This document shows positions 19,291 to 28,522 of a stretch of 64,000 nt of DNA, in pieces. Both the position numbers and the translations under genes were made by a program. Each line of letters begins with the position of its first letter. Positions within the stretch are counted from its first letter, which is position 1. The notes below the pieces were generated by a model. The model was not told the origin of the DNA and did not search any database. It saw only the letters and a list, made by a program, of their open reading frames with translations. The stretch comes from a virus. The stretch lies in the IMG/VR virus record IMGVR_UViG_3300045988_154953; one strand, 5' to 3'.

Positions 19291-21647
19291 TGGAAGAAAA
19301 TATTTTAAAAGAAGAAAATATTTTAAAATTTGAATGCGTTTTGGATAGAATTTTCTATCCAAAATATTCTAAAAAAGTAAATTCTGGTGAGTTCGCCATA
19401 TTTAATGCTGCTATTACGAAATGGTTAGATAATAAAGTAGAAAATTTAGATTTAATTAAATTAAAAGGTATATCTCCTTGTCTAGAGTATGGAACTACAT
19501 ATAAAGTATTCTGCAAATTAGCTGACACACATGAAAAGTTTGGAGATACATATCAACTTATATATATTAGCAAATGTATTGATATTTCAAGTAAAGATAA
19601 GCAAAAAGAATTTTTAAAAAGTATATTGCCGGAAATTACGGTAGAGAGATTATTTGAGAAATATGACGATGTTATACAACTTTTAGAAAATAGAGATGTG
19701 AAATCTCTTATGGAAGTAAAAGGTATTGGTAATCAAGTAGCTTTAAGAATAATTGATGAATACGAAGAATCTAAAGACTATAGTTCTATTTATATGGAAC
19801 TTGGTAAATTGGGTTTAACTCACACATTCATAAAAAAATTAGTAGATTTTTATAATTCTCCAGATACAGTTATTGATGTCATAAGAAACAATCCATATGA
19901 TTTAATACGTATAGATGGAATAGGATTTAAAAGAGCGGATGAAATTGCATGTAAAGTTGGAATAGGACAATACGACATTACACGAGTTAAAGGTTTTTTG
20001 ATGTATCATTTGAATGAACAAGGTGAAGCCGGTAAAAGTTTTTTAAATTACCAAGAATTAATGAAGGCACTCTACGATACACTTGGATATATTCCAGAGA
20101 ATATTGTTAATAGTACAGCTAAACAAATGATCGAAAACACAGATGTGATAGTACTTGACAATGGATCAAAAATCGCCTTAAAAAAATTTTATAATCTGGA
20201 AAATAACATAATGAGAGAACTTGTACGTCTTCAAATTGGAAGAGTAAAAGTAATAGAAAATAATCACGACAATGAAAGTGATTCTTGCGAATATATTCCA
20301 AAATCATTTAATATCTATGATTGGGAATCAACGATAAAAAGAGTAGAAGAAAATCAAGGTTTTACTTTCACAGATGAACAGAGAGCTGCTATTAAATTAA
20401 GTCTTGACAATAATGTAATTGAAATAACAGGATCTGCTGGCTGTGGTAAAACTAGTACAGCAAATGGTATTTGTTCACTATATGATGATTATAATATTCT
20501 GGCTTGTGCGTTATCTGGTAAAGCAAGTGTAAGAATTACAGAAGCAACTGGATTACCAGCATCTACAATTCATAAAGCATTAGAATATCAGAATGGTGCT
20601 TTTTCTAGAAATAAATACAATAAATTATGTGTGGATATTGTTCTTATCGATGAAGCAACGATGATAAATGGTAGTTTGTTTTTGGCGTTATTAGAATCTA
20701 TTCCAACAGGAGCAAAGGTGATCATTATGGGTGACGTACAACAGCTTACTCCAATTGGTAATTGCCAGGTATTTGCAGATATTCTCGATAGTGATGTATT
20801 ACCAGTCGCTAGACTTACAAAACCTCATAGACAAGCTCTTAAAAGTGGTATAATTCCAACATCTATAAAAATAGCAAATCAAGAACAAATTTTTAGTGGC
20901 AGCTTCGTTGGAAATACTATTCTTGGGGAATTAAAAGATATGGAATTAGATATTTCAAATCCAAAAGAAACAATTCAAGATTGTATCATCAAACATTTTC
21001 AAACTGAAATGAATAAATTTAACGATGTGATGGAAGTACAAATATGCGTTCCAATGAAGCTAAGAGGAGATTTATCTTGTTATAATCTTAATACTAAAAT
21101 TCAGAATATATACAATCCAAAATTAAATGACTGTAACGAAATAGAAATTATTTTAGATAAGAAAAATGACGAATTTAAAAAATATGTAATTAGAGAAAAT
21201 GACAAAGTAATCAACACCAAAAATAATTACAAATGTTTTAATTCTAATGGTGAAGTAACTCCTGTATTTAATGGTAATATTGGAATCGTAAAAAAGATTG
21301 AAGATGATGGATATTGCTTAATTGATTTTGTGGGAATTGGAGAAGTATTATTTAGTAAAAGTGATACAAATAATCTTGAATTAGCATATGCTTGTACCAC
21401 ACATCGTCTCCAAGGATCTGGATTTACTGTAACAATTGTAGGAATGGATTCTAGTAGTTATATAATGAATAATTCTGAATTACTTTATACAGCTATCACA
21501 AGAGCTAAAAAATATTGTGTTTTAGTTGGTGATAATCATGCTATTAGAAAAGCAATTCAAACAAAAGAAGCAAATACTAAACAAACATTTTTAAAGAAAA
21601 TGTTACTTGAAAATGCATATAAATTAAAAGAAAAGGAGAATAATTAA
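19284..21647 (+). CDS. RecD2-like SF1B DNA helicase
   Basis: HhH-like GIG motifs, Walker A GSAGCGKTS, Walker B LIDEATM, MGDVQQLTPIG and THRLQGSG. Confidence 0.75.
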   Translation: MLMEENILKEENILKFECVLDRIFYPKYSKKVNSGEFAIFNAAITKWLDNKVENLDLIKLKGISPCLEYGTTYKVFCKLADTHEKFGDTYQLIYISKCIDISSKDKQKEFLKSILPEITVERLFEKYDDVIQLLENRDVKSLMEVKGIGNQVALRIIDEYEESKDYSSIYMELGKLGLTHTFIKKLVDFYNSPDTVIDVIRNNPYDLIRIDGIGFKRADEIACKVGIGQYDITRVKGFLMYHLNEQGEAGKSFLNYQELMKALYDTLGYIPENIVNSTAKQMIENTDVIVLDNGSKIALKKFYNLENNIMRELVRLQIGRVKVIENNHDNESDSCEYIPKSFNIYDWESTIKRVEENQGFTFTDEQRAAIKLSLDNNVIEITGSAGCGKTSTANGICSLYDDYNILACALSGKASVRITEATGLPASTIHKALEYQNGAFSRNKYNKLCVDIVLIDEATMINGSLFLALLESIPTGAKVIIMGDVQQLTPIGNCQVFADILDSDVLPVARLTKPHRQALKSGIIPTSIKIANQEQIFSGSFVGNTILGELKDMELDISNPKETIQDCIIKHFQTEMNKFNDVMEVQICVPMKLRGDLSCYNLNTKIQNIYNPKLNDCNEIEIILDKKNDEFKKYVIRENDKVINTKNNYKCFNSNGEVTPVFNGNIGIVKKIEDDGYCLIDFVGIGEVLFSKSDTNNLELAYACTTHRLQGSGFTVTIVGMDSSSYIMNNSELLYTAITRAKKYCVLVGDNHAIRKAIQTKEANTKQTFLKKMLLENAYKLKEKENN

Positions 21648-22172
21648 ATGGCTAATATATATGATTTAACAGGTGAATTTCTTCAGCTTTTGGATATGTT
21701 AGAAGATGAAGAAGTAGATGAACAAGTGATTATGGATACTTTGGAATCAGTTGAATGTGAAATTGAAGATAAAGCAGATGGATACGCTAAGATCATAAAA
21801 TCACTTGAATCTGATATAAATGGTTTTCAGAAAGAAATTGAACGACTTACTTCTCGTAAAAAGACGTATGAAAACAGAATTAAATGGTTAAAACAAAATC
21901 TTGAACTGTGTATGAGAGCGATAGGAAAGAAGAAATTTACGACAAATCTATTTTCATTTAATATTCAGAAAAACGGTGGAAAAAGAAAACTTACGATAGA
22001 TGTTGATATTAAAAACATTCCAGAAGAATACAGAATAAAACAACCAGATGCTGTAGATGGTGAAAAATTGAGAGAATATTTAAAAGAAAATGGACTCGAA
22101 GGAAAAGATGGATCTATTAACTGTGAGTGGTGTCATTTGGAACCACAGGGTGAAAGCTTGAGAATCAGATAA
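21648..22172 (+). CDS. siphovirus Gp157-like protein
   Basis: The N-terminal YDLTGEFLQLLDMLEDEE pattern and coiled-coil middle are typical of the Gp157 family. It sits at the end of the replication module. Confidence 0.5.
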   Translation: MANIYDLTGEFLQLLDMLEDEEVDEQVIMDTLESVECEIEDKADGYAKIIKSLESDINGFQKEIERLTSRKKTYENRIKWLKQNLELCMRAIGKKKFTTNLFSFNIQKNGGKRKLTIDVDIKNIPEEYRIKQPDAVDGEKLREYLKENGLEGKDGSINCEWCHLEPQGESLRIR

Positions 22173-22192
22173 TTAAACTAATCAATTTAATT
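22171..22192 (+). repeat. copy of recurring motif (aattaaactaatcaatttaatt)
   Basis: Identical 22-nt copy at 22259-22280, with related copies at 8473 and 22757. Confidence 0.6.
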
Positions 22193-22200
22193 AAAGCATA

Positions 22201-22229
22201 TTGACAAAATACAAATATGATGATATAGT
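22201..22229 (+). promoter_or_regulatory. sigma-A type promoter
   Basis: TTGACA (22201-22206), a 17-nt spacer ending in TGA (extended -10), then TATAGT (22224-22229). Confidence 0.6.
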
Positions 22230-22322
22230 ATATACAGATTCAAGTGGAGTATAACAAAAATTAAACTAATCAATTTAATTTTTATTATACAAGTAAGATA
22301 TGCTATATCATCATATTTTTTT
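22217..22322 (+). terminator. long-range hairpin plus U-tract overlapping the promoter -10
   Basis: atgatgatatagtatat (22217-22233) pairs with atatgctatatcatcat (22298-22314). That is 17 bp with one G-U, followed by attttttt. Confidence 0.35.
22259..22280 (+). repeat. copy of recurring motif (aattaaactaatcaatttaatt)
   Basis: Exact repeat of 22171-22192, located in the 5' UTR of the 22333 gene. Confidence 0.6.
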
Positions 22323-22332
22323 GGGGTGAGAA

Positions 22333-22762
22333 ATGTATAAACAGATTATTATAGTTAGAAAAGACTTGAACATGTCAATTGGGAAAATTTGCAGTCAAGT
22401 ATCACACGGCTCTATGGCGTTTTTAACAACGTTTATTCGAAATAATACCGACTTAGATGGTCATGTTGATGGATATATAAATGAATGTATATACCATAAA
22501 TGGATCAACGGGTCTTTTACAAAAGTAGTATTAGAATCAAAAAAACAAAAATCAATTACTCAAAGCTGTTAAAATGGCAGAAGATATGGGAATGAATGAA
22601 GGAGTAGATTTCTTTCTTATAAAAGATAATTGTCTTACAGAACTTAAACCAGAAGAATATGATGAAAATGGAGTCGGAAGAACGTTGACATGTATTGGAT
22701 TCCGGCCAATGGATTCAGAAATAATAGATAAAATAGGTAAAAAATTTCAGTTATACAATTAA
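22333..22762 (+). pseudogene. PTH2-type peptidyl-tRNA hydrolase split by a frameshift at an A7 run
   Basis: ORF1 has IIVRKDLNMSIGKICSQVSHGS. ORF2 has DFFLIKDNCLTELKPE..TLTCIGFRP. Together they form one PTH2-like protein. Removing one A from 22539-22545 gives a continuous ..VVLESKNKNQLLKAVKMAEDMG.. Confidence 0.6.
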
Positions 22763-22777
22763 ACTAATCAATATAAT
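22757..22777 (+). repeat. copy of recurring motif (aattaaactaatcaatataat)
   Basis: Lies upstream of the nicotinamidase gene and overlaps the preceding stop codon. Confidence 0.55.
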
Positions 22778-22821
22778 ATTACATAGTTAATTAAAACTCA
22801 AAAGAATATAGGAGGACTAAA

Positions 22822-23367
22822 ATGAAAAAACGGATTCTTTGTGTAATTGATGTCCAAAATGATTTCATTGATGGGTCACTAGGAACACCAGAAGCACAAG
22901 CTATTATTCCTAATGTTGAGAAAAAGATTGATGAGTATATCACCAATGGTAATCCAATTATTTTTACAAGAGATACACATTTCTTAAATTATTCTAAAAC
23001 TCAGGAAGGTAAAAAACTTCCTATACACCATTGTATTAAAGATACTCATGGATGGCAAATTGGTATTAAAACAACACCTGGATCGTATGAAATTATTAAT
23101 AAATTATCAGTTGGATATTACGATTGGAAGTCATTTCTGAATAAATTTATTAATACATATTTTATAGATGATGAAGATTTGATAATAGAATTAATCGGTC
23201 TTGATACAGATATCTGTGTAATATCAAATGCTATTATTATCAAGGCTGCATATCCAGAAACAAATATTGTTGTTGATGCGTCTTGCTGTGCCGGTTCTAC
23301 ACCAGAAAAACATAAAGCTGCATTAGAAGTTATGAAGAGTTGTCAAATAGATGTGATTGGAGAGTAA
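22822..23367 (+). CDS. pncA: isochorismatase-family nicotinamidase
   Basis: ILCVIDVQNDF, the catalytic-type GLDTDICV motif, size and the NAD gene context. Confidence 0.65.
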   Translation: MKKRILCVIDVQNDFIDGSLGTPEAQAIIPNVEKKIDEYITNGNPIIFTRDTHFLNYSKTQEGKKLPIHHCIKDTHGWQIGIKTTPGSYEIINKLSVGYYDWKSFLNKFINTYFIDDEDLIIELIGLDTDICVISNAIIIKAAYPETNIVVDASCCAGSTPEKHKAALEVMKSCQIDVIGE

Positions 23368-24000
23368 ATGGATAAATATTTAAGCGTTATAACAAATTTT
23401 GGCTGCCATTATACTTGCCCATATTGCATTGTAAAGAACAACAATCTTCATATCCCAAAAACAACAATCGAAGGCTTAGATAACTTAGAGGAAGAAATAA
23501 AGAAAAATAATTGTAATTGGGTATCTATCTCTGGTGGCGGTGATCCACTGTGGAATTTCGAACGAAATAGATTTTGGTATTATAAATTTGCTGCGATTAT
23601 TACTGGATTGGATGTTAATATTGAACTGCATACAAGTATTATTAATCCGCCTTCTTACATTGCATTATTTAAAAGAATAGTTTACCATTTACATAATTTT
23701 GAACAATTATCATTAATTTATCGTTTGAATGATGAAATAGTTAGAGTTGTATTCGTAGTCACAGAAGACTTTACAGAAGAATTAATCGACAAAATAGCAG
23801 CATTTTGTAAAGAATCTAAACAAATTGATGAACTCAGTTTTAGACAAATGGTTGATGATAACTATCAGAACACAGATTATTACAGAGATTATTTACGAGC
23901 TGGCCATCAAAAGGATTGGTGGTACATAGAACAATGTGATTACAATTTATATTACTGTGAGAACAAAATATATACAGAATACAGAATGATTGGAGAGTAA
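23368..24000 (+). CDS. radical SAM domain protein (second copy)
   Basis: ITNFGCHYTCPYC is a CX3CX2C motif, plus SISGGGDPL. The N-terminus resembles the 517..1407 protein (ITNFCDIGCPFC). Confidence 0.65.
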   Translation: MDKYLSVITNFGCHYTCPYCIVKNNNLHIPKTTIEGLDNLEEEIKKNNCNWVSISGGGDPLWNFERNRFWYYKFAAIITGLDVNIELHTSIINPPSYIALFKRIVYHLHNFEQLSLIYRLNDEIVRVVFVVTEDFTEELIDKIAAFCKESKQIDELSFRQMVDDNYQNTDYYRDYLRAGHQKDWWYIEQCDYNLYYCENKIYTEYRMIGE

Positions 24001-24002
24001 AC

Positions 24003-24839
24003 ATGATAAAAATTGATGACGAGATTGTACAGATTGAAAAGTTTCCAGATGGTACACCTAGAATTAATATTGATACGAACGATATTTTAGAAAAGTATAA
24101 TGTTGGTTGCGGATTTATTATAATCACATGGTTGTATGAAAATGATGCTGAGATGTTCTATCTGTTATTAGTTAAGAAACACCTTGAAAGATTTTTTACT
24201 AATGTTGATTACTATTTATATCTTTCATATATACCAAATGCGAGGATGGATAGAACTAAATCAAATGATGAAGTCTTTACATTAAAGTATTTCTGTGACT
24301 TTATCAATTGGTTAAAATTTTCTGTTGTTTATGTATTAGATGCTCATAGTGATGTTTCAGTAGCATTAATTAATAACTGCTTCAATGAAAATCCAAAGAC
24401 TTATATCAATAATGCGCTTACTATAATCGCAAATAATGATATAATTCTATATTTCCCTGATGCTGGTGCAGCTAAACGCTACTCTGGATTATTCCCAGAG
24501 ATTCCTTATTGCTATGGTGAGAAGAATAGAGATTGGAAAACAGGTAAAATCCTTGGACTTAACGTCAGAACTAATGGTATTAAGCTTAAAGGAAAAGATA
24601 TTCTGATTATTGATGATATTTGCAGCTACGGTGGTTCAATATTTTATAGTGCTAAAACATTAAAAGAACTTGGTGTTAATAAAATTTATGCTTATGCAAC
24701 ACATACTGAAAATTCAGTTCTTGACCATGAGAAAGGTACACTTATTAAATCATTAGAAGATGGTACAGTAGAATGTCTATTTACAACCAATAGTTTATTT
24801 ACTGGTAAGCATAACAAAATCAGTGTTATGGAGGTTTAA
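24003..24839 (+). CDS. ribose-phosphate pyrophosphokinase (Prs)-like protein; candidate ADPR-pyrophosphate synthetase
   Basis: N-terminal FPDGT and the PRPP-binding loop ILIIDDICSYGGS. It overlaps the start of the Nampt-like gene. Confidence 0.6.
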   Translation: MIKIDDEIVQIEKFPDGTPRINIDTNDILEKYNVGCGFIIITWLYENDAEMFYLLLVKKHLERFFTNVDYYLYLSYIPNARMDRTKSNDEVFTLKYFCDFINWLKFSVVYVLDAHSDVSVALINNCFNENPKTYINNALTIIANNDIILYFPDAGAAKRYSGLFPEIPYCYGEKNRDWKTGKILGLNVRTNGIKLKGKDILIIDDICSYGGSIFYSAKTLKELGVNKIYAYATHTENSVLDHEKGTLIKSLEDGTVECLFTTNSLFTGKHNKISVMEV

Positions 24840-24840
24840 A

Positions 24841-26310
24841 ATGAATAATATCTCATTTATGTTGATGGCAGATACATATAAAAATACAAATCCAGATGCA
24901 ATGCCTCAAGGATTAACAAAATTAACATCATATATTACACCGAGAAAATCTATGTTTAAAAATATTGATAAAGTAGTTTTCTTTGGTTTACAGGGATTTA
25001 TTAAAGAATTCTTGATTGATTTGGTGAATGATTCTTTCTTTAATAGAGATAGAAAAGAAGTTCTTAATGAATATAAAACATACCTTGATGCACAGATTGG
25101 TTCTCATAGTTATGATATCCAACGAATCGCAGATTTATATGATTTGGGATATCTACCAATTGAGATGAAGGCGCTGCCAGAAGGTTCATTAGTATCAATG
25201 GGTGTTCCATGTATCGAACTTACAAATACTCATCCAGATTTTGCTTGGGTTGTGCAATGGATCGAATGTATATGTCAGTCAGAAACTTTTGGTACATGTA
25301 ATTGGGCTACTATGGCTCATGAGTATCGTAAATTAGCAAATGTATTCTACAACAAAACAACAGACTCTAATCCTGCAATGGCAATGGCCGATTTTGGATT
25401 TAGAGGACTTGGTGTAGATAATGGTATTAGAGCTAGTAGTTCATGGTTGCTGTCATTTAACAAAACTTCTACAATCCCGGCAATGCAGTATATTGATAAA
25501 ATGTATTCTGCAGAATGCGCTAAAAATCATATTGGTATTGGTGCTGTAAGTCTTGAACATGCAACAGTTTGTGCTAATCTTGCTGTATGTGAAACAGAAG
25601 AAAATCTATTAAGAAGATTACTTACAACAGTTTATAAAGATACTTCGTTTAGTTACGTTTCTGATACATTCGATTACTGGTCTCTTATCAATGATACTCT
25701 CCCTAAACTTCGAAAAGAAATTGAAGAACATAATGGTAAATTCCTTGTTCGTCCAGATAGCGGTGATATTGTAGATATTTCTGTTAAAACAGTACAGAGA
25801 TTATGGAAAATTTTTGGTGGAACAGTCAATCTAAAAGGTTATAAAGAATTAGATCCTAAAGTTGGCATCATTTATGGTGATGGTTGTCAATATGAGAAAA
25901 TTAAAGAAATTTGGACAAAGCTTGAAAGTTTAGGTTTTGCTGCAAATACAATTCTTTTTGGTGTTGGTGCATTCTCATTTACAGCTATGTGTACTCCAGA
26001 TGATGGTATGGTTTGTCTCACAAGAGATACATTTGGTTTCGCAATGAAAAGTACAGATTGTGTAATAGATGATCGTGAACATACTATCCAAAAAAATCCT
26101 AAAACTGATCAGAATCATCTAAAAAAATCGCATAAAGGTTTATGTTGTGTAACAAAAGAAGATGATAAATTTGTTTGTCATGATGGTTACACATCCGAAA
26201 CCATTCCAGAAGATAATCTTCTTACAACAGTATTTAAAGATGGAAAACTTGTACGAGAAGATATATTTATAAATATTCGTAATAGATTAAATGGAGAAAA
26301 TGATGATTAA
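24841..26310 (+). CDS. nadV: nicotinamide phosphoribosyltransferase family protein (NadV/Nampt-like)
   Basis: ADTYK, FGFRG, RPDSGD and IYGDG motifs. ATG 24841 follows ggagg, and the track start 24823 lies upstream in frame. Confidence 0.8.
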   Translation: MNNISFMLMADTYKNTNPDAMPQGLTKLTSYITPRKSMFKNIDKVVFFGLQGFIKEFLIDLVNDSFFNRDRKEVLNEYKTYLDAQIGSHSYDIQRIADLYDLGYLPIEMKALPEGSLVSMGVPCIELTNTHPDFAWVVQWIECICQSETFGTCNWATMAHEYRKLANVFYNKTTDSNPAMAMADFGFRGLGVDNGIRASSSWLLSFNKTSTIPAMQYIDKMYSAECAKNHIGIGAVSLEHATVCANLAVCETEENLLRRLLTTVYKDTSFSYVSDTFDYWSLINDTLPKLRKEIEEHNGKFLVRPDSGDIVDISVKTVQRLWKIFGGTVNLKGYKELDPKVGIIYGDGCQYEKIKEIWTKLESLGFAANTILFGVGAFSFTAMCTPDDGMVCLTRDTFGFAMKSTDCVIDDREHTIQKNPKTDQNHLKKSHKGLCCVTKEDDKFVCHDGYTSETIPEDNLLTTVFKDGKLVREDIFINIRNRLNGENDD

Positions 26311-26830
26311 AATTATAGACGGTGATTTATTTAATACGAATGCTAAGTTCATCTGTCATCAAGTAAATTGTCAAGGACAGATGAATTCCGGTGTAGCTTT
26401 ACAAATTAAACAGAAATATCCACATGCATACGAAGAATATATAAAACTTTTAAATCAAACATCTGGTGATGTACTTAGTAAGATTCAAATCATACCAGTT
26501 AAATCAGAATATTTAGAATATGATTGTGGTAGTCTTGCGGTTCCATATACTGAGCAGTGGATTTGTAATATGTTTGCTCAAGATAAATATGGTTATGATG
26601 GAAAAATGTATACATCTCTAGAAGCATTACAGAATTGTTTTACTCAATTGTATTGGCTTACATGTGAGAGGAATAATAATTTCAATGCTAAAATTGCTAT
26701 GCCTTATGGGATTGGTTGCGTAAGAGGCGGAGCTGATTGGAACGTAGTATATAAAATGATAGAGGATACGTTCGTTAATAGAGAAGTAGAATTGTGGAGG
26801 TATGATAAAGATAATAGTAACAGAAGATGA
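26291..26830 (+). CDS. macro domain protein (ADP-ribose binding or hydrolase)
   Basis: IIDGDLFNTNAKFICHQVNCQGQMNSGVALQIK is typical of macro domains. Alternative starts lie at 26300 and 26303. Confidence 0.65.
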   Translation: MEKMMIKIIDGDLFNTNAKFICHQVNCQGQMNSGVALQIKQKYPHAYEEYIKLLNQTSGDVLSKIQIIPVKSEYLEYDCGSLAVPYTEQWICNMFAQDKYGYDGKMYTSLEALQNCFTQLYWLTCERNNNFNAKIAMPYGIGCVRGGADWNVVYKMIEDTFVNREVELWRYDKDNSNRR

Positions 26831-27768
26831 AATTGGAAAAATATATGGATGTTATAAAGTAATAGGTATTGCTAACGATAGAATTTCTCCTCAAGGTCAA
26901 ATTAAAAAGTATTATAAATGTAAATGCATAAATTGTGGAAATACAAAAGAACTTAATGCTTATAAGGTTCGCCATAACAATTATAAATATTGTGAAAAAT
27001 GCAGACCGAAACATAAAGAAACAAAAACTAAAATTGGGAAAAAATTTGGTCATTTAACTGTAGTTGAACGAGCAGATAATTATATTCAACCAAACGGTTC
27101 TATAAAAGTTGTATGGAAATGTTTATGCGAGTGTGGAAATACAATTAATGTTACGGATACACATTTAAAATCTGGCCATACAACAAGTTGTGGTTGTTTT
27201 CACAAAAAGATAATGCAGGATTTTTTAATAAAAGATATTAGCGGTCAAAAATTTGGCAAATTGACAGTATTGGAAAAAGCATATATAAAAAACGGGAGAC
27301 AGTATTGGCATTGTAAATGTGATTGTGGGAAAACTTGCATTGCATATACGACATCTTTGTTATCTGGGAAAAGAAAATCCTGTGGTTGCCTCATATCTAA
27401 AGCAGAATATGAATTAAGTTTATATTTAGACAAATAATATTCCATATGAATCACAATATAAATTTGACGATTGTAAAGATATAAGATGTTTACCTTTTGA
27501 TTTTGTTATATTTGATAAAAATAAAAATATAACAATGGCTATCGAATTAAATGGTGCACAACATTATCATCCTTTTACATATTCCAATGAAGATAAAGTA
27601 ACTCAAATATTGAATTTAAAAGACAGGCAGAAAAAAGATAAAATTAAACGAGATTATTGTCTCAAAAATAATATTCCGTTATTAGTAGTTAAATACACAA
27701 ACTTTAATAAAAAAGAAGAACTTTTTGATAATTTCTATAAAAATATTGTAGGGGAAAAATATGCATAA
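26802..27768 (+). pseudogene. zinc-ribbon-repeat plus PD-(D/E)XK-like endonuclease gene, split by a 1-nt frame change
   Basis: It has three repeats of GxxFGxLTVxExA..WxCxCxCG. The downstream frame is open from 27430 and encodes ..YKFDDCKDIRCLPFDFVIFD..IELNGAQHY. Skipping one base around 27432-27437 fuses the two parts. Confidence 0.45.
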
Positions 27769-28507
27769 CTTTAACGTAAAAAATGTGACAGATGATGTTG
27801 TTAAATGGGTTAAAAATTTATTTGAAAAAAACTTTCCTGAAAAAAATTGTTGCATTGCTTTATCTGGAGGGAAAGATTCTAGTGTTGTAGCCGCTATTAG
27901 TGTGAATGCATTAGGGAGAGATAAGGTTAAAGCTATAATGTTGCCGCAGCACGAACAAGCAGATATTGATTATAGTATTTTATGTGCAGAACATTTAGGA
28001 ATTGAATACAAAATTATTAATATTGGAGAAACTGTAGATTCTATTATATCTGAAATGAAATCCAACGGAGTAAATATTACAGAACAAGCAATTACTAATG
28101 TTCCTGCAAGAATACGAATGGCAGAATTGTACTTCTATGCTCAATGTAACAACGGCATTCCCAGTTGTAATTGCAATCTTTCAGAAGATTGGGTTGGATA
28201 TGCAACTTATGGTGGTGATGGATTTGGATCTTTTGCACCATTGTCAAATCTTACTGTAACAGAAGTCAAAGCAATTGGCAGAGAGCTTGGACTTCCAAAA
28301 GAACTGATTGAAAAAATACCAACAGATGGCTTATGCGGGAAAACAGATGAAGATAACCTTGGATTTACATACGATGTACTGGATAAATATATCAGAACCG
28401 GTAAAATTGACGATTTGTCAGTAAAAGAAAAGATTGATTCTATGCATGAAAAGAATCTGTTTAAGTTACAACCAATGCCATACTTTAAATATACGCCAAA
28501 TAATTAG
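27761..28507 (+). CDS. nadE: NH3-dependent NAD+ synthetase
   Basis: PP-loop ALSGGKDSSV, size about 248 aa and the NAD gene context. Confidence 0.75.
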   Translation: MHNFNVKNVTDDVVKWVKNLFEKNFPEKNCCIALSGGKDSSVVAAISVNALGRDKVKAIMLPQHEQADIDYSILCAEHLGIEYKIINIGETVDSIISEMKSNGVNITEQAITNVPARIRMAELYFYAQCNNGIPSCNCNLSEDWVGYATYGGDGFGSFAPLSNLTVTEVKAIGRELGLPKELIEKIPTDGLCGKTDEDNLGFTYDVLDKYIRTGKIDDLSVKEKIDSMHEKNLFKLQPMPYFKYTPNN

Positions 28508-28522
28508 TCCAGGTAGTTTATT

